The notes under the pieces are model-generated. The model was not told the DNA's origin, ran no database searches, and was given only the letters and a program-made list of their open reading frames with translations. Shown here piece by piece: positions 14,020 to 27,705 of a stretch of 64,000 bases of DNA. The position numbers and the translations under genes were made by a program. Positions within the stretch are counted from its first letter, which is position 1. Each line of letters begins with the position of its first letter. This stretch comes from Mustelus asterias (taxonomy: Eukaryota): the NCBI RefSeq assembly GCF_964213995.1, contig NW_027590479.1, forward strand, positions 1-64,000, in the 5' to 3' direction.

Positions 14020-14460
14020 TCGTTCTGTTTGGAACATCCCAAATGCCCATCCAATTTCCTTGTTAATTGTTTATTGTCTCCACTTCCTCCACCCTCGTAG
14101 GCAGCGAGTTCCAGGTCATTACCATTCACTGCATCAAAATATTCTTCCTCACATCACCCCCCCCCCCCCCCCTCCCTTGCATCTCTGACCCAAAACAAGA
14201 AATCTGTGACCCCCCTCGTCCTTGTCCCTTCAGCGAATGGGAACAGCTTTTCTTTGTCCACCTTATCTAAACCTGTCAGAATCTTGTCCACCTCTATCAA
14301 ATCTCCCCTCAACCTCCTTTGCTCCAAGGGGAACAACCCCAGCCTGATATTGACAATAAAGAACAAACTAACAGAATATGTTCCTGTCTGAAATCAAATG
14401 GGAATGTTTAATTTCTGTTTTAAAGATATTGTGAATATATTGTCCTGGACAATAAAGGAA
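14020..14460 (+). repeat. Segment duplicated at 21915-22350 (an antisense CR1 3' piece plus AATAAA region)
   Basis: Near-identical sequence at both sites, e.g. ORFs MFIVSTSSTL(V/I)GSEFQVIT and ttgacaataaagaacaaactaacagaatatg. Confidence 0.9.
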
Positions 14461-14930
14461 TCGGCTATAACTGAGCAAGAAGAAGACAGTTTCAATGTGG
14501 AATTGACTGGAATATTCTCTCTGGATTTAAACAATGGAGGAACTACAAACATGGAAGAAAATACATTTCAAAATGTGAACTCTGTACAGACTGTTTTCAA
14601 AATAGAACTTGAAAATTCACAAATGAACAGCAATGAAGACTTTCCTTTTGCAGGAGGAACTTTGGACTATAATTATTGTAAAAAGAAAAGTTTCAGAAAA
14701 GACTGCAAGCAGTAATTTCCATCTTCAGTGGACTGAGATTCCTGGACATGGAACCCAGCAGTGTGCTGTTACCAAGCTGGACTTGTGAATGTGAAGTGGA
14801 CAATGGAGGGATTATTGTGTCTGTTGCAGGTTATAAGATAGATCAACAGAGGAAAACAGTGGATTTAGGAACAGGAGGAGGCCATTTGGCCCTTCGAGCC
14901 TGCTCCGCCATTCAATAAGATCATGGCTGT

Positions 14931-16112
14931 TGTTAAGATATACAGCATGTTGTATATTGTAATATTCTAAATGGGATATTATGAAGGTGATACATTTCCA
15001 TTTTTTCCTGTTTTTGTTCCAAAAATCTAATTTCATAATTCCTATGTTTTAGAAATAAGAATTAGTTGCAAGAATTGCTTTTAAAAAATGGAAAACCTGG
15101 ATTGAGAATCTGACAAAAACACCCTCAGGGAATTCGCAGTCACAAAGCATGGCCCATGTTGGTTTAAGAAGTCAAAACTCGAGAGGTAAGAACTGTAAAA
15201 GGTCAGCTGGGTCTTTTAGCTGGAGACATTGGGTCTGACAATTATTGTACTGTTTTTGCTAGGTGAATTCTTCATGAAGACATCAGGGAAAAAGGGTTTA
15301 GTTTTGAAGCGAAATATCTGTCGGACATTCCACCTGGTCTCTGTTACCATGGGGATATGTGATTCAGGGTGGAGCCTTGGTTAGAATTAGACCATAAGAT
15401 ATAGGAGCAGAATTAGGCTATTCGGCCCATCGAATCTGCTGTGCCATTCGATCATGGCTGATAAATCTCAATCCCATTCTCCTGCCTTTTCCCCATAACC
15501 TTTTGAGTCCTTTCCAATCAATGACCTGGTTCCACAGATAGACAGCGGACAGTCTGCAGTTAGCTTGGAAGCCACCAGTTGTGGGATCAGGAGCTGTGAA
15601 CCAGCTGTGAGACTAGAAGCTGAGAGGACCATTAGAAACCAGGGGTGTTTCCAACATTTAAATCACTCAGCAAGAATGCAGTGAAGCCCATGTTTGGACT
15701 GAGGAGTCCACAGTTTGAGAGCTGAAAGGAAAATTGGAGGCTTGTTTAGTGAAAAGATAATGGATGGATTCCCATAAACTCTTGGAGCTTGGAGAATATC
15801 TGGAGTACTGGGGAGAATTAAAGTGAATTGTGGAGCTTGGTCCTAGGAACAGAAGTGAATGAACCTTCAAGATATTGTTAAGTATAAAGAAACTCTTGGG
15901 GTGAGGTAAAAAAATAGAACTAGGTTTATATCATAAATCTTTATTGAGTGTAGTATTCAATTTGTAGTGTTGTATTTTTAAATTTTATTTAAACATACAG
16001 TAAAGTTTGTTTTTGTTTAAAAATGTGGAATCTTGTGATGTAATTCTTTCAGTTAATCACTGGGTGTTCGAATTTCTCTGCAAATGTTTGCAGTCCTGAC
16101 CGGGATCGCAAA
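14931..16112 (+). mobile_element. Probable degraded solo LTR with a nested short LINE tail
   Basis: TGTTAAG start, degenerate poly(A)-signal region near 16000 and an LTR-like ending tcctgaccgggatcgcaaaa; no internal ORF. Confidence 0.35.
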
Positions 16113-16365
16113 AATTCACACAAACAGTGTTTCAAAACAAATCGAAGAAAAAGATGTTTTTTCTCCTTCAGTCCAAACGTTACACATGAAGAAACCCTCT
16201 TCTGGTATCTCCAATAATTTGTTTCTTCGAGCAATTCTTTTCATGGAACAATCAGATAATTGATGACTGAAAATGGAACTAATTGTATCCCTTTAAAGCA
16301 GGAGGGCGATCGCCCAGCACAGAGGGGAATTAGGGATTTCTCCCATAGACCAATTGACAGGGATT

Positions 16366-16930
16366 CTACCCTCCAACCACCTGAAGTGAATTCTTTACAT
16401 GAATCATCCGTGCCAGTGCAGGTATCAACTTGAAGTTTGGCTGATCAGAAAATGCTTTGTTGCTGATTTTCCTTGTGTTAGGAAGTGACAGTGCCAAGGC
16501 CAGACCTTGTTTCCTCCTTGATCGGGATGTAACCCGTGTCCACATCGCCACTTCATTCTTCCACTGGTTGTATGGTTCAGACTCCGAGAACATCAGCAGG
16601 TAATCAGACCCTGACAATTCCCACTGCCTTTCAGTCATTTCTCACAAAAGCTGCTGGGATTGGAAGCTTCTGTCTGAAATATACTTTTAGTTTCCAACCT
16701 TCACCATTTGACAAGCATTTTCTGTTACCATGTTATAATCCTGACAGCCTTGGGGTGGAGTCAATCTTTATTTGGTCTAGATTTGTTCACAGAATCAAAC
16801 ATTACAGGTTCAACTCTGACTCCAAGCTATATTAGTGAGTCCCACTTTTTACCTGCTCATTATAACTATCTAATCAATACCCTCCATCTGAATAAACTTA
16901 ACCTCTATTGATATAATTATCAGCCACAGT
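16366..16930 (-). mobile_element. LTR retrotransposon remnant (LTR end, tRNA-iMet-like PBS, gag start)
   Basis: The - strand reads ...TAACA|TGGTAACAGAA (degenerate TGGTAGCAGAG PBS) at ~16720-16735; gag-like FSESEPYNQWKNEVAMWTRVT...KQGLALALSLP. Confidence 0.6.
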
Positions 16931-16984
16931 CAGACCATCCAAAAGCTCACTAATGGGTGTGACTGCCATGGTGCCTCAGCAGCT

Positions 16985-18060
16985 TGGGTGAACAAGTGAA
17001 TCCTTTCCCACACACTGAGCAGGTGAATGGTCTCAGTTTGGAAACTAAGGGAAAATAAAATTTCAGGCAGAAGCTTCCAATCTGGTAGGTTTTATGAGAA
17101 ATTGCTGAGAGTGAGTGGGAATTATCAGGGTCTCTCCCCAGTGTGAATTCCCTGATGTTTCAGTAGGTCAGATGATGTTCTAAACCTCTTTGCACAGTGA
17201 GAGCGCCTGAACGGGGTCTCCTCAGTGTGAATGCGCTGGTCGACCCTCAGGTAGGCTCAGGTTTTAAAGCAGCTCCCACAGTCAGAGCATTGAACAGGTT
17301 TCTTATTGGGGGAGGTGCCTCAGTATTCCAGCAGACTGGATGATTGACTGAGTCACTTCCCACACACACACATCAGATGAATGGCCTTTCCCCAGTGTGT
17401 AATCCTTTGTGTCTCAGCAGACTAGATAATTGAGTGAATCCCTTCCCACACTCGGAGCAGATGAATGGCCTCGGCCCAGTGTGAATGCGTTGGTGTGTCA
17501 GCGGGAGGGATGAGTGAGTGAATCCCTTCCCACGCTCTGAGCAGGGGAACAGTCCCTCACCCGTGTGAAATCGCTGGTGGTTCTGCAGGGTAGATGACTG
17601 AGTGAATCCCTTTCCACACACACAACAGGTGAATGGTCTCTCCCCATTGTGAACCCGCTGATGTGTCAGCAGGGCAGATGAATCGCTGAATTTCTTCCCA
17701 CACTCAGAGCAGGTGAATGGCCTCTCCCTGATGTGAAGTCGCTGGTGATTCCTCAGGGTGGATGAATCACGAAATCCCCTTCCAAACTCAGAGCAGGTGA
17801 ACGGTGTCTCCACAGTGTGGCTGCATCGAAGGGATTCCAGCTTCGAGGGGCAATTGAATCCCTTCCCACAGTCCCTCCACTTCCATGGTCTGAGTGTCTT
17901 TGTACATCTCCAAGTTCAGATGAAGGTTTGATCCCATGGATAACACATACATGGTCTCTCCTCACTGTGAATCCTTCAATCTTTTCCAGGCTGTGTAACT
18001 GGTTAAAGCTCTTTCCACAGTCAGTTCACTGGAATACTCTCACTCGAGTGAATGTGTCTC
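16985..18060 (-). pseudogene. C2H2 zinc-finger pseudogene D
   Basis: Finger ORF 17373-17813 with a damaged start region, frameshifts, a premature stop and a 94-bp insertion at 17035. Acceptor with exon starting at 18233; exon-1 donor ACATCT|GTGAGG at 19473. Confidence 0.8.
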
Positions 18061-18924
18061 AGTGATTTTCCAGTCACACTGATGTTTAAATAGTTTGAAG
18101 GAACAGACAAAAATTTCCCATTCTAGTTTCAAATGCCGATGGTATTCAGATCCTGAATAATTGTGTGACTCTGTCAGATCCTAACGTCATGTTTGTTGAG
18201 ATTTGTGTCTGTAAACTCTCCCCTTCTAATAGCCTGTGAAAGAAATTCACAAAAATCATTGCTGTCAGTACAGGATAAAAACTCAGAACAGACAATTCTA
18301 GTTTCTGTGGAACATTCTTTCCTCTCATTCTTGAAAATGTGTAAATCTCCATCCCAAACACTCTCCCTCCATTCTCACTTTGCTGGACCTGAAATAGACA
18401 TTGTCCTGAGGGTGCTGATTCATCCTCATCGACAGATCCGTGCTGACTGTTTCATGTACAGGACACATATTCCCGAAATCTTCACACAGGCTTGTGTCTA
18501 AACATATAAAAAATTTGCATATTTAGTGAACTAAAAATGTATGCAATATTCAGAACTCTATTACATGATTAGAGATACAGATGGGTGCGGAAGAACTTGA
18601 CTTAGGGAGCAAGGAATCATGTTCTGGAACTCACTGACGATGAGAGTGGTGGAAGTGGAGACGACCAGTGATTTCAAAATAAAATTGGTCGGGCACTTGA
18701 AGGAATGAAACGTACTGGGGAACAGGGATATCGAGGAAAAATGGCACTGAGTGGATTCCCCGACAGAGACTTGGCACGGACTCAAGTTGCTGAATTGATT
18801 TATCTTGTGCTCTGATGACTCTTTGACTGGAAAATATACAGAGTAGTTACAATACTATTCTGGAATTAAACAAAATCAACTGTAATACAAATACATAAAT
18901 AATAGTCTTATCATGCACCATATA

Positions 18925-19126
18925 GTAAGAAGTCTCACAACACCAAGTTAAAGTCCAACAGGTTTATTTGGAATCACAAGCTTTCAGAGCGCTGCCCCTT
19001 CATCAGGTGAGAAGGAGCAGCACTCTGAAAGCTCGTGATTCCAAATAAACGCGTTGGACTTTAACCAGGTGTTGTGAGACTTCTTACTGTGCCCACCCCA
19101 GTCCAACACCGGCATCTCCACATCAT
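18925..19126. mobile_element. Compact Penelope-derived element: ~75-bp inverted repeat with a 12-bp target-site duplication
   Basis: Arms at 18924-19000 and 19012-19088 are inverse copies; ATGCACCATATA occurs at 18913-18924 and 19127-19138. Confidence 0.8.
18974..19010 (-). ncRNA. Minimal type-I hammerhead ribozyme motif (Penelope-associated)
   Basis: The - strand reads TCAC-CTGATGA-AGGGGCAGCGCTCT-GAAA-GCTT-GTGA: CUGAUGA and GAAA core boxes, UCAC/GUGA helix I, and palindromic AAGCUU in place of helix III. Confidence 0.6.
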
Positions 19127-19473
19127 ATGCACCATATAACAACACCAGACATATCAATGTTGTTACGATCCTCATGGTCACCTTATAATAAACACATTCC
19201 CACAAATCACAATAGAATAAACTAAAAGACAATGTTTCATTTAAAAAAAAGTTACTTTAAAAATTAATCTAAAATTAACATCACTGAATCATGCATTAAG
19301 AAACAGTATTTGAATAGACAAGATAAATTACACTTTAAAAAGCTCAGGCAATAAAAACAGGTTCCACAAAATCACAAACATTTCCCCCTCAGTATATTTG
19401 GCTCTAATTCCAGTTCCAGAGAATTTCTCTGTCTCTGTATTTCCCAGGGGGAGAAAGAAAGTGTTTTCCTCAC

Positions 19474-20140
19474 AGATGTTGTCCAGAGGAGGAGGTTTGA
19501 GTCTGTGTGTGAAGTTTGAGTCTGTGGTGAAGCTACAAACAGAAGCTGTTCTGTTTCAAATCAAACTGCGGGACTTGGAAGAAAATGATGGGAAGAGATT
19601 TTGCAAAGTCCCCTCCCCCACTCCCTCAGCTGGCAGCCCAGCGCGCAGGCGCAGAGAGCGCTGCTGAGCCGAGCTGTCCGGAGCAGGCGCAGAGAGCGCT
19701 GCTGAGCCGAGCTGTCCGGAGCAGGCGCAGTGCGGCTGCCGCCAGCGGTCGCTCTCGATCTCTTTTTGGAGCAGCAGCCGCAGAGAGAGGGGGGAGGGGG
19801 AGATCACCGAGCGGCTTCTCGCTCTGGCCGGAGCCGTCAGCCAGTTGCCTGGAAACCTTGGCTGGATCTGGTGCAGGGGGAAGGGAACAATGGGTGGGGG
19901 CGGGGCTCCCGTGGACGCGCGCCCGGGCCTGCGCACTGGAACCACAGGACGTCACATGGGAACAGACTTATTCCTATTGGCTAATTCAGGCGATGTTCCA
20001 TTGTGCCGTCACAATGCGGAAGTGGGCCAATGATTGAATCTTCCTCTCGGCAACATCTGGGAGGAAATCAATGTTTCCCCCTTTCCATTTCTTTTCTCAT
20101 TCTGGGGGAAATTGGGGACTTGCAGCAACTGAAGGGTAAG
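19474..20140. promoter_or_regulatory. CpG island / bidirectional promoter for ZNF D (-) and ZNF E (+)
   Basis: Very high GC and CpG; NRF1-like GCGCAGGCGCA within a 38-bp tandem repeat (19645-19730); GC box ~19898; ATTGG at 19976 and CCAAT at ~20027. Confidence 0.75.
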
Positions 20141-20755
20141 GAAGTGAATCCAGTCTGTATATTCCACACATTTTTAGTCCAGTTATATCAGCTCTCTGGG
20201 TCCAGGACAGGAAGCAGTGAGCATGGATCTGTCAATCAGCACCTTCAGGAGAATTGGGAGGGTGAATATTAGATACAGCAGAGTGAGAATGGAGGGAGAG
20301 TGTGTGGGATGGAGATTCACAGCTTTTGGGGATTGAGAGAGAAAGAATGTTCCATAGAAACTGGAATTGTCTGTTCTGAATTTCGATCCTGTACTGACAC
20401 TGATGACTTGTGTCAACTTGTTTTGCAGGATATTGAAAGAGGAATCACAGGCTAAAATCTCAAACGTCACGTCTAGATCTGGCAGAGTCATATTCCCTGG
20501 GACCTGAATAGCATCGGCCATTGAATCTGGAAGATTTGAAAAGATTTCAAACATCAATCTGACTGAAAAAGCACCAACACACTTCCACATTCAAGTGAGA
20601 GTGTTCCAGTGCACTGACTGAAGAGCTTTAACCAGTTACACAGCCTGAATAAATACCACACCATTCACAGCGGGGAGACACTGTACACGTGTTCTGTGTG
20701 TGGACAAGGCTTCAACTGATTGGCCACCCAAGGGAGAGGCAAGGACACCTGCACC

Positions 20756-21654
<899 letters not shown>

Positions 21655-24600
21655 TGAGACACCAACAAGTTCACAGGGGTTGGATTCTGCTGTTATTGTT
21701 TCTGCTCTCAATTACATCCAGGACTGCATTTTGTTCATTCTCACAGTTGGTCAATGGGGAGGGTCGGGGGGTTTCTTTCTGCTGGACTGGCCGGTCTCAT
21801 GACTTTGCCTCCAGTGGGCTGATGCTCTTTGAGACTTGTTGCGAATACCTCGTTTCAAATTTCACACGGATCACAGAGTGACCGGGTGTGAGGAAATTCA
21901 GAGATACTTAGTCAGCATTTCTGTTTGAAACCTCCCCAAATGCCCATCCAATTTCCTTTGTAATTGTTTATTGTCTCCACTTCCTCCACCCTCATAGGCA
22001 GCGAGTTCCAGGTCATTACCGTTCACTGCATCAAAATATTCTTCCTCACATCCCCCGCTGCATCTCTGACCCAAAACCATAAATCTGTGTCCCCCTCGTC
22101 CTTGTTCCATCAACTAATGAGAACAGCTTTTCTTTGTCCACCTTATCTAAACCTGTCAGAATCTTGTCCACCTCTATCAAATCTCCCTTCAACCTCCTTT
22201 GCTCCAAGGAGAACAACCCCAGCTTGACATTGACAATAAAGAACAAACTAACAGAATATGTTAATACCTGAAATCAAATGGGAATGTTTAATTTCTGTTT
22301 TAAAGATATTGTGAATATATTGTCTTGGACAATAAAGAAATTGGAATAACTCAACTTGGGTGTGGTTGAATGAAATATATCAATCTGGTATCCACCTACA
22401 GTCCAGTGAAAGTCTGGAATGTGTAGCTGGAAATCCCTCCCTAACAGCACTGTGGGTGTACTTACACCTCAGGCATTGTAGCAGTTCAGGAAGGCAGCGT
22501 TGGGGTTGACCATGGCCGAGGCAGCTACATACAGCCACATGTTCTGTTATAATTGAAGGACTGCAGATTGAATGTGAGGCATTGTGGGACTGGACTATCT
22601 TGACCACATTCCTGTGACTGCTCAGTTTCTGCAATCACGGACCATTAAAGCTGCTTAGCAGGGCCCCAACAGAGGACCTGGTGAGAATATTTATTCAGAA
22701 TGAGTTTGAATTAAACTTATCCCAGGACCGGCTAGTGTTCAGCGGCTGAGATTCCTGAATCTGTGAAGAGGAGGTCTGACCAATCAACAAACAGTGGCAG
22801 ATAGTTGGTTAAGAAGTTAAAAAGCGTTCTCAGGCATTGTTTAAATTATTTTATCCCAAATTTGTGATAAGAACTGTGAGGGACTTGTGACCCGTTAGTC
22901 GGTGCAGTAACGGTATTCTCCAAATAGCACTGGACTGAAAAGCAGACCTCAGAGTAGATTCTAATGGTTATAAACTGACCCAAGCATGGCCAGTGAAAAA
23001 AATCAAAGCTCGAGTGAGGACTGGACAGGTCTCTTACCTGCTGTTTGGAAACTAAGAACAAGAAACTTATCGATAAAATTATTAGAGAATACAGCTAACG
23101 TTTCAAGTCTGGAAGACACTTCATAACAGCTCTTATGAAGGGTCATCCATACCTGAAACATTGGCTCCATTCTCTCTCCACAGATGCTGTCAGACCTGCT
23201 GAGCTTTTCCAGCATTTTCTGTTGTTGTTTCAGGTTCCAGCATCCACAGTATTTAACTTTTATGATAAAATGATTCGGTCTGATTGGAATCCCCACCACC
23301 TTCCTGCAAAACAGAGGGAGTGGTGGCAAAAGGGGAAAAAGGATAAGGATGATAAAGTCTGGGTTCTGATTCTCTGAGCCCATGTAGAATCAACAAAATG
23401 AGTGAAGCAGTTTATAAAGAACAGAAGTTATCCATCCCTAACAAAAACTGATCAAATAAAAATAATTAGGTTGTGGAATATAACAAAAAAATTAAGAGAT
23501 GACGATTACAATCTAGTTTGTTTTGATTTTTATACTTGTGTAAAGTGGTATTATTGAGGGCCAAATTTTTTCTGCTCACTCCCCATCCCTTCAGGTTCTG
23601 TAGAAAAGTTAACCCTTTCAGCAGACAGTTCATTTGTTTTCAAATCATCTGAAAACTCATGTCTATTTTAGTTTATAATTGAAGATTTATGGGAATTGGC
23701 TAAGATAGGCTTTCGGCACTTTTAAAGTATAAAAAAGTGGTCTTGGGAAGGCAATTTGGTAGAGAGAGGTGGAGGGAGAGATGTTTACAGAGAGGTGTTG
23801 AGAGCTGTTGGTTTTACAAGTTATCCACGTTTTTGGAGCGGTCACTTCATGTCCTGGTCTGAGAGGGATGGAGAGAAGTCTGTTCAATTGTTAAAGTTAA
23901 ACTTTCTCTATTAACTGTTAATCGACACTCTGTTTTTTATCTTTCTGACTTGATACATTTTTAATGATTAATAAACTTTCTGAATTCACCATTTAAAGTG
24001 TTCTTTCTTGCCACATGGTCAAGACACTGGAACCTGGTGTGATTTACGATGAGGGAGGTTTTTGTAAACAAGAGAACCCCCATAAATCTTAGTTCAAATA
24101 AATCAAAGTTCTTACAAATGGAATGCAATCTTTTATTACGAGAGAAATTGACCGCAGAAGTAAAGATATTATGCTTCAGTTATACAGGGCGTTGCTGAGA
24201 CTGCATCTTGAATACGTGCAGTTTTGTCTCCTATTTAAGAAATGATACAAATGCATTGAAAGTGGTTCAGAGGAGGTTTAATCGATTGCTTCCCAATTCT
24301 TGACCCTCACAGGATATATTTTGTCCGATTTTTCTTGTCTTCATCTCTGACAAAGAGTAATCCTGACTCAAAATGTTGTCTCTATTCTCTCTACAGATGC
24401 TGTCAGACTTGCTGAGATTGTCCAGCATTTTCTGTTTTTGTTTCAGATTCCAAAAACAGCAGAATTTTGCCTTTATACTGATTCTTGTTCGATAAGGGCA
24501 TCAAAAGTATCAGGTATAGCACGAGAACGCAACACAAAAAGATCAGCCATGATCTAAATAAACGGTGGAGCAGACTCAAAGGGCCAAATGGCCAATTTCT

Positions 24601-26040
24601 GCTCCGATGTCGAATGTTGGTCACAAATTCCTGAGAATTGTGAAACAAGGCTGGAAGATTCGCCTTGCTTGTGTTAGTGGGAAAATGTCCAGGAGAACCA
24701 TCACTGTGAAGGACAGTTCTGGGATTAAAGGTTGTCAGACTGGAAAAGGAAAACAATGGAAATAAACCCTTGAGGAGTGAAAAATCACTTTGGGCTGGTT
24801 TTTGGAGAAAGAGTGTCAACATTCCAAGGCAGAGTAAAATATATCCATTGAGTGGATATTTAATGGTGTTCAGAGTAAAAGGGCAAAGTTTAATTTTACA
24901 GTTTAAGGACTATGTTCCCTTCAAAAAAGTGTTTAATCATTGTTGCCTCCAGTTTGTTGGAGTAAACATCAGAAAACTTGAAGTTTTGTCATGTGAATCT
25001 TTAATTTGTTTACTGGGTTCAGAATTCATTTTTAAAAATTGTTGATCGTCAGAGATGCTAACAGTTCATTTAAAGCCACACGTTTTGACTTCCCATTTGA
25101 GCCTGTGGCACCTTTCTGTCTCTCTATTGCTCGTGTCAATGACAGCCAGGCGACGGAGCTGAGGGCTGAATTTAGCTGAGAATAATGGGGCCTGCGTCCC
25201 AGTTGGGAAACTGCCCTGGGCGTCGCACTAATGGAGAGACAGGAAAGTGTTGGAGGACTGAGTGGGAAATGGGCCTCCAACCAATTGTTATATCAGTCAC
25301 TCAGAACTAAAGAGAAACCTGTCTCTTTAAATACAGATACAGGGAAGAGGCTGCACTGAAATCTGCTCTTCAAACCTGCACAAAAGCAGGAGGCTGAGAT
25401 TGACAGGCTGCGGGAGGAGTCCATTCAGCCCATCGTGCCCCTGCTATCTCTTTGAAAGGACTCTGATTCATCCAACTGCTCTGTTCTTTCCTGCTCTGTG
25501 CTTTTGCTACCAAATAAACCTGTTGGACTTTAACCTGGTGTTGTTAAACTTCTTACTCTGTTCTTTCCCCACAGCCCTGCAAATTCTTCCCTTTCAAGTC
25601 TTTACCCTTTGGAAAGATTCGCTTGAATCTGCTTTCAGGCAGATCAGAACAACTCGCTGTGTCAAACAATAAAATAAAATCTCATCTCCCCCTCTGGCTC
25701 CTTTGGCAATTACCTTAGAGGGATTCACTTTCTGTTAAAGAGCCTGCCAACCCCTCTCACCCACTTTCCCTAAAGTGCATCAATTTCATCAGGAAAAATC
25801 CAGAACAGTCAAATATTTTTACTGATAAAAGTTTATCAATGAAACAGAACATGGTTAAAACAAACAGAAAATGACTTGAGGATCAAAGACAACCAGAGTA
25901 AAAGGATGTTCACAATGTTCTGGACACAAATGGTTTCTCTTTATCTGTTCCCTGACCTCTTTGTGGTAAAGGCAGAATTCTCTGGATAGTAAATTTAAAA
26001 AGAAGTTTATTGAATGAAAAAGGTTCACTGAACAACTGAA

Positions 26041-26315
26041 CACAGTGGCATAGTGGTTACTGCTGCCTTACAGCGTCCTGGCTTGGGTCCCTGTCTGTGT
26101 GGAGTCTGCACATTCTCCCCATGTCTGCATGGGTTTCCTCCGTGTCCTCCGGTTTCCTCCCACAGCCCAATGATGTGCAGGTTAGGTGGATTGGCCATGC
26201 TAAATTCTCATTCAGTGTACCTGAACAGGCGCCAGAGTGTGGCAACTCGGGGAATTTCACAGTAACTTCATTGCAGCGTGAATGTAAGCTTCTTTGTGAC
26301 TGATAAATAAACTTT
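26041..26315 (+). mobile_element. HE1-type tRNA-derived SINE (partially deleted)
   Basis: cacagtggcatagtggtta head, tctgtgtggagtctgcacattctcccc core, aataaataaacttt tail. Confidence 0.85.
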
Positions 26316-26725
26316 AAGACATTGACTTTCACAGCTTCATGCGGGTGATCAGTCTGTAGAAGAGTAACCCTCTCTGGCTCCTTCTTTGACAGGAATTTCC
26401 TTGGAACTCAGCCTTTGGAGTCTTCAGAATTTGGTTCACAAGGAAAACCTTCAGAACCTCTACTTTTATCCCCAAAGTGACCGTTACCACACGTCAGAGT
26501 TGGGCCTGTTGGAACATGACAATTGGTCAATTTGGTCACCAGATTAATTGAATTGGATCCTCAATTACTGACACCACTTTCTCTCATTATCTTAGACAGG
26601 AATACAAGAGAACTGGTTCATACTATCCCTTTATCTGATTCTATACAATCCCTTATTCACACAGTTTCAAATGTTGAGGCTAATCAGAGTTTGAAGATCT
26701 CTCTCGCCAGTACACTACGCCAGCT

Positions 26726-27031
26726 GCGGCACAGTGGCACAGTGATTAGCATTGCTGCCTCACAGCGCCAGGGATCTGGTTTCGATTCTCGTTTTGGGTC
26801 ACTGTCCATGTGGTGTCTGCACGTTCTCCCCGTGTCTGCGTGGGTTTCCTCCAGCCGCTCCTGTTTCCTTCCCCAGTCTGAAAGACGTGCTGGTTTGGTG
26901 CATTGGTCATGCTAAATTCTCCCTCAGTGTAACCCGAACAGGCGCCGGATGTGGTGACTAGGGGATTTTCACAGTCACTTCATTGCAGTGTTAATGTGAG
27001 CCTACTTGTGACACAAATAAATAAACTTTAA
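26726..27031 (+). mobile_element. HE1-type SINE, full length
   Basis: A-box-like tggcacagtgattag, B-box-like ggtttcgattc, conserved core and tail. Confidence 0.9.
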
Positions 27032-27389
27032 AAATTTATCTTCATTGCACATTCGTTACATACACAGCAATTAAGATTTTACATTTTAACAGCAAATAAA
27101 AACTCAGTCTTTTACTATAACGACTGATTCATTAATTGTAACTCAATTGAGGATCACTGCTTATTCAATCACCATGATGCCCCTCCGTGGCCACAGGTAT
27201 CCTTAATGGTAGGCATGAACCCAGAATGTTTGAGTGATTCAGGTAGATGACTGAAAATTCAGTAAAGAAACTCTCATGTCTGTTTGAGCTACATTGCTGG
27301 AAGTAAGCTTACCAGCGCTGCTCCAATTACGTTTGCATAATGAATATGGAGTTTAGGGAATGCAGTTGATGAAAAGATCAATAATTGTC

Positions 27390-27705
27390 TTCGAATCCAT
27401 ACAGTGCAAAAGGAGGCCATCAGGCTCTTCGAGTCTGCAGTGACTCTCCGACAGGGTATATTTTCCTGGTCCTCTTCCCTGCTCCATCACCGTAACCCCA
27501 CAGATTTTTCGTGGCGATTTATTCTAACCCACAAATTTCTGACAAGTTGGCATGCTGAACGCATCTAACCTGCACATCATTGAACTGTCGGAGGAAAAGG
27601 GGCACCCCACACAGACACTGGGAGCATCTGCAAACTCCACGTAGCCTGGAACTGAACCCGGATTCCTGGAATTATGAGGCAGCAGTGCTAACCACTGTGA
27701 CACCA
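27390..27705 (-). mobile_element. Degraded HE1-type SINE
   Basis: Reverse-complement head gaggcagcagtgctaaccactgtg and core acacagacactgggagcatctgcaaactccac. Confidence 0.75.
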
